A stretch of 64,000 bases of DNA from Callorhinchus milii (GCF_018977255.1 NW_024704742.1:96784001-96848000), one strand, 5' to 3'; positions 1-14,330 are shown, numbered from the stretch's first letter. Notes: a model not told the origin generated them from the letters alone. Program-made: numbers and translations.

Positions 1-1714
1 CAATTGCAATATTTTGCAAAACAAAACTGAACCCATTTGTCCCTTCAAAACATCACCCAAGCACAGCACAAAATCTAGATTTCAATGGAACTAAAATGGA
101 AAGCAATTCTGCAAATGACTTTAGCAAACTTTGCATGACACCAGATCTTCTGTGAAGTCAAGTGCTTGCCTTACAACTATTCACCCTAGCTCAGGGATTG
201 AATTTGTGATGTTTCTTCAAGGGATTCTTTATTGAGGATTTCAGTTAGAATGAAATAGTTAAATAGAACATGTCAAGAGTTCATTGCTCTCAAGTTGTCA
301 GCAAAAGGAATTCCATTAGTGTGATTCAGATTTCTTATTAAAAAAACAACAACTTGTATTTATATAGCTCCCCAGAGCACTTGAAATACTGCAAATCATA
401 CCCCAAAATGACTAAATGGACACCTCCCCCCCGACAAAAGGCTTGCAGCATTAAATATTAAATAAAATCACTTACCGCACCTTCCATCTACCATTTTGCT
501 TTCTTTCTTCAGAGCAGAATGCTCAAAACGTTAAATGAGGCTTGGCCTTCATCTGCATGTGATTAGCACGGCCACATCAGTAATTTGCAATGATAAGGCT
601 AATTGGATAATGTGATTAGCATTGAGCAAAAGTGGAAGACAATTGGCTTTCAAGACATCAAAATGATGCTCTGCCATCACAATTGTACCACTGAAGCCAC
701 AATGTTACCTCTGATTTTTCTGTTTTCTTTCAACCCAATACTACAGGGAACATTCGTCAAGACGCCCCTGGTATTTGAGGAGGTATGTCAAGCAGATTAT
801 GTTTTTTTTTAAATTTCTGACTGGTTTGCAGGAATTGTATACAGTCTGTCAGTTTGTTTTTCAATTTACCAGCAAGCGCTATAAGTGACATGAATGATGG
901 AAAGAATAAAAACTATCACACAGGGGAATTCATTGAAATGTAAAATTCATAGTCACAGTGAAGGAGGATTCTGCCTATTGCTATGTTTTATTATACAGTA
1001 TTCACTTAATGGGTTATTTATATTTTACTGTATTAAAGTATTGATGGTCCTATTCCTAAATCAATACAGAGATTTATTCAAAATAAAGTTAACAGCCCTG
1101 AAATTGATAGTGGCTGAGTTGTCCATTGTAGTGAATTTCTGTTCAACGGCTGCTATTTTGGCCTGGTTGTATATCCCAACTGCAAAATGTTACACAATTT
1201 TGACCTGCATATTGTCCTGAGATCCTCGAACAAATGCACCATTATTATTACTTTTTTTTGTGTGAGGGGTTTACATGAAGAAACAGATATAATATATTTC
1301 ATTAAAAAAACCTCTTAGTAAAGCATATAGAAATATACATTTACAATGTACAGTACATTACTATACTTTGCTTTCTCTTCTGAATGCGTGTATCCATTTT
1401 AGCAATTTCAGAGAGACAGTAGTTAGTAATGAAACCTCGACTGAGATTTGGAAACCCCGTTATGACCAAAGCTTAAAATAAAACATGCAGCACGCAGTCC
1501 TCAAATATGATTTTTTGGGGAAATTTAATTCAGATTACATTCTTTATCACATTAATTATTTTAACTGTTAATAGTTAAACAGTTAAACACTCTAGAGGGT
1601 AGCAAAACTGTTTTTGAAAAAAATGGCAATCTAAGGCATTAGCTCACTAGATACTGACAGATGGTAGCAGTTTGACATCTAGGTCATAATGTTTCAGGTT
1701 TCAGCATTACACGA

Positions 1715-1978
1715 AAGTGGCCTTCAGCCTCTCTGCCCCCACTCTTTGGAACTCCATCCCGCATTCCCTTCACCTCGCTCCCTTCCTTGCCTCCTTCAAG
1801 GCAAGGCTCAAGACCCTCCTCTTCGACTGTGCCTTTGGCCACCCCCCTATCCTCCTTGCCTTCTACCCTCCCTGATCCTAACTCCCCCGCAGCTCGGGTC
1901 CAAATCCCTGACTGTCCAGCGACTTGAGACATCCTCCTGACGTGAAAGGCGCTATACAAATGTAATATTGTATTGTAT
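1715..1978 (+). mobile_element. L2 LINE 3' fragment
   Basis: AFSLSAPTLWNSIP..FKARLKT motif and L2 tail. Confidence 0.85.
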
Positions 1979-4900
1979 TTTAAGTGAAGTACTAAGGAAG
2001 TTCTGCATTTTAGCAGGTGCCGGTAAATATTTGACTGAAATTTTTATCCAAAGTCCTGTCTGGTGGTTCAAGTCGATATGAAGGATCCAGGCTCAATTAC
2101 ATTATGTTAGCTGGTGTAATATAACCTGCATGCTCGGCACTATCTCTTTATTATGCTCTCCTTACAGCCGGCTTGTCTAAGGTCTTCTCTGCCATGCCCT
2201 TCTCTGGATTCAGTTAGAACAAGATTGTTGATGTTTACTCTGCAATCGTTCCCTTGCTGGAGATGAAGCACAACGTTGCAGTGACTTCCACCAGTGACTT
2301 TGTTGAAACTATGTTAAACTTGCTCAACCAAGTGAAGGAAGTTTAATGGATAAGAAGCTCGGGGACTCAAACATAGGACTCCCTGGTTGGGAGTTTAGCA
2401 CTAAAATACTTGAGCCAGTCCTGGCCAATCTTTTTGGTCATCCAACAAAATAAATTTTCTTGATAAATATTCTTGTATATGCCATAAATCAAGAAATATT
2501 CAATCAAGAAAAAATCTGGAAACGCACTACCTTCCTCACCATGAAACTGGGGATCAGGAGCAAAGGCATATGCCAATGGAGTGGGGAGAAAATTAGAAAA
2601 TAATTGAACACACTGGATTGAAATAAAGAAAACCAAAGAGTTGAAAATTCCATGCTTACAAATTAAGCTGCGAAATTTGTAATGTTTATTGATGAGTTTG
2701 AGTAGATAATTATCACTGTTGATATTTATCAAACAAAAAGAAATCTGCAATTGCAAGTCAAAATTAATTATTATGAGCAATAATATACAACGTGCTACAA
2801 AATGTCAGTTGGCCTTTTCAGGTTGGCAATTTCATTTTTATTTGTGAATAGTGTCACTCCTAAAATTGTCTCTAGAAACCAGTCCACTTTATTCCTTCTC
2901 CGCTTTCTCAGGCTTACTCTGGCAATCCACAGTGGGTGGAACTTCAGATCGCAACAATGTCCAAAGTTCCCAACTAGATAGAAAGGGACTTTTCTTATTC
3001 TTAGTACATCCTACAATGAGCTCCCCGATTTGGCATGTGACAGCGCCATCTCCAGAGGCCCAATATTATTACAAACTGGACCACAGTGAGCATTGAATTA
3101 ACTCATCTTGACTACATGATGGTTTCTGCACTATGCGGTCTGACACGAGGAATGAGGGCACATGCTGCTGCATGCACCGGCTGTCACTCAACTTGCTGAG
3201 AAAACAGACAAATTCTTGTCAAGGGAGATCAACTCCTCTGGAGACCAAAGTAAGTATCTCAGCTTACAGTTAAGGTACACAGCTCATTCAGTTCAAGGAC
3301 AATGCTGCCAACAGCACAAAGTGACAGCAGTTGTTGATATGGACAGGGAGACTTCCTGTCAGGAGTTCACTGATGCTGCATGTACATTGCACCCAGTCGC
3401 ACACAGTTTCAGGTTACACTACATGACTTAACCATGAAGGAAGAGCAAGATTTGAACCATTTTTAGTATTGTATGCTTCGAATTGATCTGTAATTACAGA
3501 AGATTTAAGAAAATGAACTTTATAAAACCCAGCAGAAATGTGGCCATTTTTAACACTACCTTTCTCCTAGTAATTGGAAGAGCTGGAGTGTTTTTTTACA
3601 TCAGTCAGGTGTCTGACACGCATGACAACCCATTGCCATGCTTAAGTGTTTCCATTTCCAGTTACCGAGAACTCACAGCAGCATAGTTTCTGTTTTAAGA
3701 CTCTGGAATGCGCAATCTCTCTCTGGAGATGCACCCATTTCTTCCCTATGGCAGAAACTAAAACATTAATGACCCAAATTGTATATTGGGATGCTACTGG
3801 AATTTTACCAGCTAAAACTGTGCAGCTTAGTAGTACATGGGACCAGTAAACATTATATTGTTTGGCCAGGTAGGACCCCTTGGTTCAAAACATTGGCTGA
3901 GAAAGTTAACAGGATCCCATTCCTCAACGGCACCTCCACTCTTCTAATTCACATTGATCGGGCAGACAGGCTGCTCTGGCCTTGACAATGCCTTAGAATA
4001 TTGGGGACTAGTCTGGCTCAGGTATTGGACCATTCATTTATTGTGCTTTGAAACTTCTTGAAGACGTGATAAGGCGTTATATCAAATGCAAGGATTATTA
4101 TTATATATTATGAATGCATCTTCCACCTGAAGACACAAAGATGATTTTTCCTTCAATGACCTAAACAAGTCATCTGCCTCTGCTATTTAGCAATGTGACT
4201 TGCCGAACAAAATAGAAGCACCTGAATTATTTTTTATTTAAAGAACAATCTGGTGCTCCAATCTGATGGCTCAATTAATTGATGAGGAAGTGACTAGGGG
4301 TCAGCGACGTGAAAGAGCCACTTCAATGAGTCAGTCACCATTATTTATTATTCGTAATGGTTGAGGGTGTTTAGGAATTTCAGGGTTTTTTTGTATGACA
4401 AGTCACATTGTAAAAAAAGAAATATGAGGCGAGTAGCACAGAAAGAAACAAAGAAGGAATAGCATGGACTGCAGCACCAAACATAAGTGCCTGGAGGTAC
4501 CAAAGAACTATGATTTGAAAGGAATGCAAAGGTACATAGCCACAAGAAGTGTGTTTTTGTTAACATGGGCACCTGGCATCATATTGGCAGCCAAAAGGCT
4601 TATTAGCAGCCAAGTACAAAAGGCTTTTTATCTAAATGGAACAAGTGCCTTCATTTAAGCGGATAATTCAGCCTAAGGATGGGAGAGAGATCCTCCCCCA
4701 TGAATGGTAGGAATGCTTACATTCATTTTATCTTGTTTATTCTTTCAGAGGAAGATTAGCAAAAATGCTGCCAGCAGATAGGCCATTCACCAAGGATGAG
4801 CAAATACTTCTTCCCCTTGATCAACAAGAAGAAGACAAGTAGTGGACATGTCTCAACCTGGTGGAGTTAATAATAGTTGATTCACTAATAGACATAGAAG

Positions 4901-5239
4901 ACATGCATATGAGCGGTGTATTAAAGTTTTGTCAAATGCCATAAATTCTTCAAATGCAAAAATGCATATACACCTGTTCACACAATGTTGGCTCTTCATT
5001 CCTCTGTCTTCTCCAAAAATTCATGTGATGCTATATATCTTTCCTTACTAGTCATATTGGTGAGGTACAGGAGTAGGTAGCAAATAGGCAGAATTTTGCA
5101 TGAGCTCTGAAACCCCACCTGCTTAACATGAAATCAAGGTACAGATCATGACTGAACTCCAGTAACATTTTGAAAGCCCTTTGAAATTTGTTGTGGATTT
5201 TAACAAAATCCAACTTAAAATTTTTCCCTAAATTTCAGT

Positions 5240-5548
5240 CCTTTGGATGAGACATTAAACCGAGGATCCATCTGTATGTTCGGGTGGATGTTAAAGAGTC
5301 CATGGCATTATTCGATAAGAGAAGGGAGTTTCTCCCTGTGTCCTCATCTAGTCCAATGGCCTTAACCCAACAATCCCTCAAAATAGAATGAATTGGTCAC
5401 TCACTCCATGGCTATTTGTGGAATCTTGCTGTGCACAACTGGCTACCACATTTTGCCCACAAAATATACAGTCAATGCACTTTACAATATATCCTGTGAA
5501 GCAGTTTGAGACATCTCAACAATGCGATAAGGCACTATGTCAAATGCA
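5240..5548 (+). mobile_element. Older Deu-domain SINE (SacSINE1/AmnSINE1-related), headless
   Basis: GGATGAGACATTAAACCGAGG...GGTGGATGTTAAAGA..CCATGGCA...TTGCTGTGCACAACTGGCT resembles the DeuSINE central domain. Confidence 0.78.
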
Positions 5549-5779
5549 AGGATTATTATTTTTATATTAATCAATTCCATTACTTTCAAATTATTTATTT
5601 AATGGAGTGCGACATGGAATTTCAGACCCTCTATTTGTAAATATTCCCAGAACTTTATTAACTGGATATTTTCCTGTCCGGAGACCATTATTAGACTACT
5701 GACTAGGTAATGTAATTAATTAATCTGGATCCTATTACAATTTAAGAAAATCACAATGATTCCTGAAGTTTTATAATAA

Positions 5780-6125
5780 TCATTACATTTGATGTAACAC
5801 CTTATCACATCGTCCAAACATCTCAAAGCACTTCACTGGATTTACTATAAAGTGTAGTGACCATTTGTAGATAAATGTGACAGCCAATTTGCACACAGCA
5901 ATGTCCCACAAACATCCAGGAAGTGAATTTAATCGAAGGTTTGTAGGTCAAGAGAAATTCCCTTCTTTTTCTTAATGTTACCTTGGGATCTTTAACGTCC
6001 AGCTAAACAGGCAGACAAGGTCTCAGACTGGAGTGCCGGGGTAGACTGTGAGCTCAAACTCCAGACGTAGAGCTTGAACCCATAACTTTCTGACTCAGAA
6101 CCAAGAGTGCTATAAACTGAGCCGG
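5780..6125 (-). mobile_element. Older Deu-domain SINE with tRNA-like head
   Basis: Tail, Deu segment and head (CTTGAACCC..TTCTGACTCAGA..AGTGCT..CTGAGCC) on the minus strand. Confidence 0.75.
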
Positions 6126-8488
6126 GCTGACATCTCTCAACATTCTTTTCTCCAACGAGAAGTTCAGTGCCATCATCCTAATGTGGCAGCTTTGACATCT
6201 GACCCACAGACATATATGGTCTACTCTAAATTCCCGCCAATGCATCAATCTTCTTTTAAATGCACAGTGCCCAAAATTGGACACAAAATTCCACATGTAA
6301 TCTTAATCATTGAGCTCTACAGAGTTAAAATGGCTTGTAACTGAATGCCCTTGAGATGCATCTCAGTGTTTGATTAGTCTTGTATAGAAGTGACAGCCTA
6401 ATCACATGTCTGTGATGTTGAGAGGATAGACTCTGACATGGAGTGAACCAACCTCATCTGGTTCAATGGCATTAATGGCTTTGGACAGTACTGAGCCCAG
6501 CAGCACAAATATGTGTTTTCTCTGTTGCCTCAAAACAGGGATTACATATTATTTTCTCACTGGACAGATATCAGATTGTAAACAATTGATTTCGCTGACT
6601 GTGACAAGTGTGTTTCATGTATTTCCGGTTTTCCTAGCTAACTGTTTCCTTCAACGTTGTTCAGTTGCCATTACCAGCAGCTAAATTATTTTACCGGAAG
6701 AATTTATAATCCTTTTGGGAGAGGAATAGGTGGAAAATATTTGTCCCTTTTATTGACTTAGTCGGTTTGATGCAAAGTAAAGTTCCCTCCACAGTGCCTC
6801 AACAATGAGCACAATTAATACACCAGAGTAACATTTAATTTCATGGATCAATCATCTCATAGCTTCTCTGAGTAAGCTGTCCAATTTGTGCCAATTCATG
6901 TGACGCTTTATCCTGCAGACTTTAGCCACCTAGGAAATGGATTGAAACTGACCAACTCATTTCACTTAGGATTTTACACCCAACAGACTAGATAGTCTTT
7001 CATCCTATTAATGTTATAATCCATTATGCCTTGCAGTACCTAAATGTTCTGTCTATTCCTGCTTTCAGTGATTCAGTTCTTTTGGAGGAAAAGTTAAAAT
7101 AATAATATTTGGTATACACCTTTCGCTTCAGGAGAATGCCTCAAAGTAGAGTTGTCCAATACAAATTTTAGGCTGGCCACTAATGTGGCCATTGAAGCAC
7201 CAGATTTGTGACACAATACAAAATTCATGCGGAAAATGTTTTTCCAATGCACAAAACCACTTGGTATGTTTTCCTGTTACCACTGCAGAAGTAGCCATCT
7301 ATGTAAGCCTCTTTCGTTCTACATTTTATTCAAACAGCACGCAAAACCAAGTACGATACAAACAACATACGTACGATAGTGCCATGGCATCTTTAACATC
7401 CACATGAACAGATAAACAGGACATTGGTTTAGCATTTTATCCAAAGGATGGCACCTTGAACATTGCAGAACACCCCAGCACTGTATTGGAGTGTCAGATT
7501 AGACTATGAATTCCCAACCTGGGGCCTGTAGAGAGTGCAGACTTAATGATACCTACCAGATTATCATTAATTATCATACCATTACAGATAAGAAACAGCT
7601 ACGACCAAGCACACTTTTCTCAGAGATCTTTACTATGGTGATCTCGAATATATATTCAGATGTATTTAATTGTATAAATTAATTTAATTTAAATTTAATT
7701 GTATTATATGTCATTGTTCAATTTATACATTTAAATCTATTACAGTAGGTAATTGCTGTCAAATGTAGCGACTGGTCTGTAGGAAAACATGGGAGCCATT
7801 TGGAGTAGTCAGGTTCCACAAACAGCCATGAGGTGGAGGTGAATGGCCAGTTAATCTGGAGGATTGTTGACCAGGAACCTGGGAGGAATCTTTCTTCTGT
7901 TTTTCACTGATCGATTCAGAAATGAATTTCACTCTTTGAAATAACTGCTGGGGACGGATACAAAATGTGCAATGTCGCCTGAATGACTTTTAATCACATG
8001 AAATTACTCATTCAATAAATTCATTGAAAGTAATTAAAATGCCAAACAATTTGAGCTGGCCCGAGTTTGTAGAATTCCTAGCCAGTGGCAGTGAATTTCA
8101 AACGTATTTATGATTTGTACATGCTGATGGAAATGATCCAAGTTATTTATAGTGAACAGACTAATAGTTCAGCAGTAAATGGCAGATTTCTTTGTTCTTT
8201 ACACTACATATAAGGTTCACCCTGGAAGGTCATGGGAGATTACTCTGTCTTTCCTCGCTTCAATTCCAGATTATTGTCCTTGCTCTGTGTTCGAACTGCA
8301 GAAAACCATCTTCTAAATCACAAATTAATTTAGGAATTTTCTAAAGTTCTGCACAACCTTCAAATTTAAAGCAGAGCTGGTTTTTAAACGAAGACCAAGA
8401 GAAATTTCAGGTCTTATGGTTGTCACGGTGCAATTAACTAATGCTACTTGCCAAAGGATACTGTTCACCAAGATTGCACAGAATGTAA

Positions 8489-8862
8489 CCTGCAGTTCGT
8501 GGTTAGAACACTCGCCCTGCAGGTGTGAGGACCTGGGTTTGATTCCCAGGCAGGGCGAAACGTTGGACAAATTTCCTTACATGCCTGTTTCCCAGCAGCA
8601 AGTAGGAACCCAGTTGTTAGTCAATTGGCGGATTGTTCTTCCAGGGGTAATAATCCCTTAAAAAAAATTTCAGTGAGTTCCTTGAATCCATGACTGTTTG
8701 TGGAACACTGCTGTGTGCAATTGGCTGCCATGTTTCGCCGCAAAGTATATAGTCAATTCACAGAACAATATGTTCTGTGAAGCGCTTTGAGACATCTAGA
8801 AGACGTGATAAGACTCTACATCAAAATTCAAGGATTATTATTATTATAATAATTATTATTAT
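8489..8862 (+). mobile_element. tRNA-headed SINE, long subfamily
   Basis: tRNA-like head, internal AGTAGGAACCCAGTTGTTAG segment, partial Deu domain, (ATT)n tail. Confidence 0.85.
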
Positions 8863-9802
8863 TAATATTAACCCAGGCGTAGGGCAGAACACCTCTGAAT
8901 GGCCAAAGGCTGCGGTCGCTGATGTTGAGTAAAATTAGTTTCCAGGTTGCCTTTGAAAGTGCGGAAAAGATTATGTCAATGCAATTTTCACAAATCATAT
9001 TTTCCCACCTTGCCTGAAGGCCGCTGAATGATGGCTTCTTCAATTGGTAGATTTGGTCTTCCTAAAAGGCTGATCCTCCCAGTGCGATTAAACTGGATAG
9101 AGAGATTTTCCCATCCATTATTCTGTCACACCCATCGTGCCATGGCAATAGCATTGCTGAAGAAATGGCAAAATGCTTCTGGGATATTATCAGATGGGAA
9201 CTATTCGGTCAATTTTCATTTTGAATAAGCAGCAGAAGTATTATCGTTCTGTCCATTTCCCTTGATCACAATTCAGCCATTTCTCAGCCTATAATTGCAG
9301 AATGGAAGGATTTTACCACCACCATTGGAAAGGAATTCCACCTGGGTCTATACTTATTTATGTGATGTTATGAGTGTGCAGAATTTGGCAAATGATTGAT
9401 ATCAGTCTTAACATTGAAGTCTGTTTGTTTTTTGTAGTTCTTTTAAGAACTTAGAGAAAACTAGCCTTAAAATTAATGCTGTGTTTAGGAATTTGACAAA
9501 TTCTTAAAACTGCAAAATGCTACGTAGAGTAAACCTAGACCAAGGTGATATTTCACCCACATCTTTGCAGTCCACAGTCTGCGCCTGTCAGTTACCATTT
9601 TATTTTAGACCATGCTACATGGGTACACCAAATACTGAGCTAACAATGAAGTGTTTCTTGGTAGTTAACAAAAATATCAACCTATTGGTTGTATAAATCG
9701 AGAGCAGGGTGATATTAAAATGTATTGGCCAGATCGCATCTGAAGTACTGTGTATTTGACCTCTATATTTATATTAAAAAAATTCAGTTGGTGAAAGCAG
9801 AG

Positions 9803-10252
9803 CAACAACAACAACAACAACAAGATTCCATTTATTGAGCGCCTTTCACGTCGGGAGGACGTCCCAAGGCGCTGTACAGTTGGGTCAGGACCCGAGCAAG
9901 GGGGAAATGGTCAGGGTGAGGGGAGGGAAGGGAGGGAGCGAGGAGGGGGTAGAGAGTCGAGAGGGGAGCTGAAGGCACGGTCAAAGAGAAAGGTCTTGAG
10001 ACCGGCCTTGAAGGAGGAAAGGGAGGAGGCAAGGCGAAGGCACTGGGAGATAGAGTTCCAGAGCCTAGGGGCTGAAAGGCTGAAGGCCCGCCCACCGATG
10101 GTAGGGCAGTTGGGGCGGGGGATGTGGAGCAGACCGGAGCCAGAGGAACGGAGGGTACAGGCAGGTAGGTAGGGGGATAGTAGGTCGGAGAGGTAGGAGG
10201 GAGCAAGGCCGTGAATGGCCTTGTAGGTGAGGATGAGGATCTTGAATTCGAG
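9803..10252 (-). mobile_element. Young L2 3' fragment inserted into a decayed CR1 (~9690-10400)
   Basis: ORF 9911..10255 FKILILTYKAIHGLAPSYLSDLL...; (GTT)n tail; CR1-like YEERL downstream. Confidence 0.9.
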
Positions 10253-12804
10253 CAAGTAGCGGAGAGCTTCAAGACTAAGTCCAGAAGTGATGGCTTAGAG
10301 CTACCGTATGAAGAAAGGTTAGCTAACCTAACACTTTCCACTGAGAGGGATTTGATTGTGATATTTGACGATGAGACATTTTGGAAAATTTGAATGTAGT
10401 TAATTTGGGCTGTAATGGATACTTGATATTATGTAATTCAATGATATCAATTCTCTGTTTCACTTCACTTAAAATATACCTTTCAATGGCCTGCTGTACG
10501 CAGTGCATCAACAGATGTGTATTAAACATTTATTAACATTTATTATTGTTGCTGTGGGTTGTGCATTAAACTAAATATTTAGTCATTTTTAAAAGTTCAT
10601 AATTTGTATTTTACAAATGAAAGTACCTTATAGGCATGTTAAAGATTAAAAAATAAAACATCAGGTCTCGGCAGCTCTACAGATTTACTTTGTTCTGATT
10701 TATCTGACATGAAAATCCCTGGCTTACGTTTGCTCAGAGGTCATTGGTAGGTAATACTGTATACCAGCTATGGGTTTATAAGAGAATTGGTATGGTATGA
10801 ATTGTAGATAGAAAGAAGAGATTTTCAGAAAGATAGAGTTCTTTTATTCTGTGTTATATGAACTGCAGATCCCTCGCTTTGAGATCTCCATCAGTGGTAT
10901 ATATTCAGTGTTCAGTAGTATATAATCATTTGCTCAACTGTTTTCTTGGATAGGACAGAAGATATTGGAGATTTTTCTTCCTTATCTCACCATGGGCAGG
11001 TTTTACTTATTCCTTTGTTACTGTGAGATAATTGATGGGAAGGAAAATATTGATGAGTACAGTAATGCAGTCAATCAGATTCACAACATGGCATTCTAAT
11101 CAAATGATCTTTTCCGTGCTCTGGAGCATTTTCCCTTATATTTATCTTTTTGTTTCAAAATGTCAAAAAGAAACGTACGGGATATAACAAACACAACAAA
11201 CAACCAACATAGATGGACATACATGAGAACCTTCAAGCTCTTTTGAAGAAATGCCACTAAATCTTATATTTTACACTCCCAACAAATTAATCCAGCTGTG
11301 AAGGTAAATTTGGTCACCTGTAGGTTAAGAAATTGTTTTCCTCCAGATAAATTGAACCAAATCCCAGGCATGCCATATTGACTCAGTGACTACTTAGGCC
11401 TGAAATTTTCACCATCTGGGGGAGGGAAGTGAGATCTTCTTGGCATGTTCCCCAAGGTGACATGCTTTGCAGCAAAATGTTGAATTTAACAGAATTCTCT
11501 GTAAGGGTCTCGGCAGCCCAGTTCCTGATGACAGTCCCCCAGCCATCCTGGCTGGTCAGCAGAACTTGGAGTGGCAAACGAGTTACCAGGGGCAAGAATT
11601 CTTCGCACTTAGCTCCTGTTAACTAATCAGACCAAAGTTCCAATAGATAGTGTGATCCTTGCTACACAAGAAGCTAGTCACGTTCTCGACAATGCTCTCA
11701 ATGGCAAGCTATGTGGTTTTAGCTGGGTTTTGTATTGCATTGTATAATAAAGGTCAACATTGTTGGGCATGGCCAGAGGAATTGTCCAATTTTAAGAGGA
11801 GATGATGATCCAGTTCCCACTACACCCTTACCCATCATAGTTATGTCCAATTTCACCAAGAGCAATCTGACGCTGATGGTGATCAAAGGGGATTAATGTT
11901 ACACTGGCATTTACAGCATTCCAACAGAAACCAAGCCTAAAAAAAAATCTATCTCAATTACAATTTTCTATCACAACTATAGGGTGATGCCAACCACAGG
12001 GGGCATCACACCAAATATAATCTTGTAACCTTCCGTCATATACACACATTATGCTCTAACCCCCTGGATAAATCTCTGAGCCATGCGGAGTGCGATGGCT
12101 ATCAATAACTTTATACCACTTCCCCCCTTTCATCTACGTCATTCTACCAAGCTCAGCACACCACCTGCATAATGTAGCACAAATGATATCTTTAAAAGAA
12201 CTATATATCACAAAAAGTAACAAACGTCCAAAGCGTTTTCAATATTTAATAATAATATCTAGGTTTTACTGATATTCTTAAATAGCTCAAGCTTTGCTCT
12301 TGCAGTTATGAGAAGCACATCTTCAGAAATCTCTCGATTGAATTGTTGCTTTGTAATTAACTGTCAGCTATCTATTAGCTTATATTTATTTCCGGAATGG
12401 AAAGCTTGTAAAACTTGTCTTTATCTGCTTGAAAGCTGATTTCCACCATCCATTATCCCCACAGACAGAAGGTCAGCAAGCAAAGGATTTCTCTGAAATT
12501 GCTATCAGCGCAGTGCCATGATTCACTGGTAGGATCACATTGCACCTTCACTTCCATAGATTAGTAAGGACTCTGGCTGGAAATCAGAGGTTTGGAATTT
12601 TTAATGGTCTTAGCCTTATTGTCTTAATATTAAAGATTGTGTAGAAATCAGAACGAACTGCAGAAAAGCAAAGTTCAAGAATAGAAGAATTTTCTACAAT
12701 TCTATCCAATCATACATTTAAGGCAATAGTCTTAAGCATAATATCTTGAGAAATGTTAAGCTTCTGATACTTGACTCCTTCAGCTGCTATATCGACCTGC
12801 TAAA

Positions 12805-14330
12805 TCCTGGGTTTTAATCCGGAATGTTCCAGCTCCAAGATCCGTGTTAGGGTCGACAGTGGACTTATAATAATAATAATCCTTACATTTGATATAGCGC
12901 TTTCACATCTTCTAGATGTCCCAAAGCGCTTCACAAAATATACTGTAATGTGAATTGACTGTATATTTGTGGGCGAACACGGCAGCCAATTGGGTACAGC
13001 AGTGTTCCACAAACAGTCATGGATTGAAAATGACCGATTTATTATTGTTTTGGAGGGATTATTATTAGGCGTGTGGAGTAAGGAAACTTGCCCAAGGTTT
13101 CGCCCTGCCTGGAATTGAACTCAGGTCTCTCACTTGCAAAGCGAGTGCTCTAACCACTGAGCTACAGGACTCCACTCCTCTGAGTCCATTCCTCTGGAAA
13201 GGAGTGTAAGGCAAGGGTGCCCATTGTCACCCACCCTGTTCAATGTGTTCAACAAAGATGTGTTGGATGGCATCGAGAGGGAAGGGCTTGGTGTATCTGT
13301 TCCAGGCCTCTCTGACAGGTTTGCAGTGCTTCTGTTTGCGGATGATATTGTGTTATTGACGCACTCACCTGGGGACCTTCTGCACTGTACCCACCATCTT
13401 GCAAACTGGGCCAACTGGTGTGACATGGTGGTGGGTGCTCCCAAGTGCAGGATCATGATTCTCCACGGCCCAAAGGAAGGCATTGAAGGAATTGATTGGA
13501 TGATACAAGGAGCATCAATCCCAATTATTGACTCTTATCGGTACCTCAGAGTTGTGGGGGACACCAACTTCAGCCTGGACACTGCCCTAAAGGACCGTGT
13601 TGAGAATGGGCAAAAGGCACTCTGGTCATACGCATCCCTCCTCAAGGACAGCAAGGTCCCAATGCAGGTCAAGCTTATGGCGTACAAGCTCTCTGTGCAA
13701 ACAGTCCTCCTTTATGGATCTGAGTTCCTGGGGATGCAGTGGAGAGGGTTCCTCCGACCCATCTGCAAAGTCTAGAATTGAGCAGTCAGGTGGACTTGTG
13801 GCAGAAATGGGAAATGGCTCCAGGGAGGGAGCGCTGTGGCCTACACTAACCTGTCGCTAAGCACCCTGGAGGCGGAAGCGGCTTCATAGCTGTTACATGT
13901 AATTGACAAGGCACCTCACATGAGGACCTGGATTGAGCAGTTGGTGCTGAGTAAGCCTGGTACGCGACATTGGACTTGGATCTCAAGAACATCAAGGTGG
14001 TTGGCACGTCACAAGCTGTCCTGTAAAGGTCCACCCACCACTCTGAAGGCAGCTGCCTTCCAAATAGCTGATGAGGAAACTGAGGCTTTTGGGCGACAGC
14101 TGCTGGAAGGCGTTACCTGTAGACCGAGTTCGTGAACACAAGTTCGTATGTCCATCGCCTGGAATCCATCTTGATTGGCCTGCAGGGAGGCCAGCAGTTG
14201 CTGCTTAAACTCCGCAGCGACAATTGGTGGAACCAACTCAATGGGAAGGGACGTGTGCCTGAGCTGCGGACAGGATGATTGTGGCATTGCTTTCACATAT
14301 TTCGACCTGTTTTATTTTAATATTATTATT
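12805..14330 (+). mobile_element. Decayed non-LTR retrotransposon (RT plus C-terminal Cys motif), clade different from the local L2/CR1; split by a SINE at 12868-13175
   Basis: SSKIRVRVDSGL|SESIPLERSVRQGCPLSPTLF...LLFADDIVLL...YRYL...LLYGSE; same frame continues through in-frame stops to RTWIEQLV...TWISRTSRWL; frameshifted LLKLRS..WW and CLSC near 14260. Confidence 0.88.
12868..13175 (-). mobile_element. tRNA-Ala-headed SINE, short subfamily
   Basis: Reverse complement of the copies at 35371 and 57558; (ATT)n tail. Confidence 0.92.

Noticed and set aside
476..494. Possible minus-strand first coding exon (ATG..MVDGRC + GTAAGT donor)
   Set aside because: Too short, no recognisable homology, no CpG-rich promoter; expected by chance.
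5240..6125. Large inverted repeat / composite transposon
   Set aside because: Two independent, diverged Deu SINEs lying tail to tail; no TSD or transposase.
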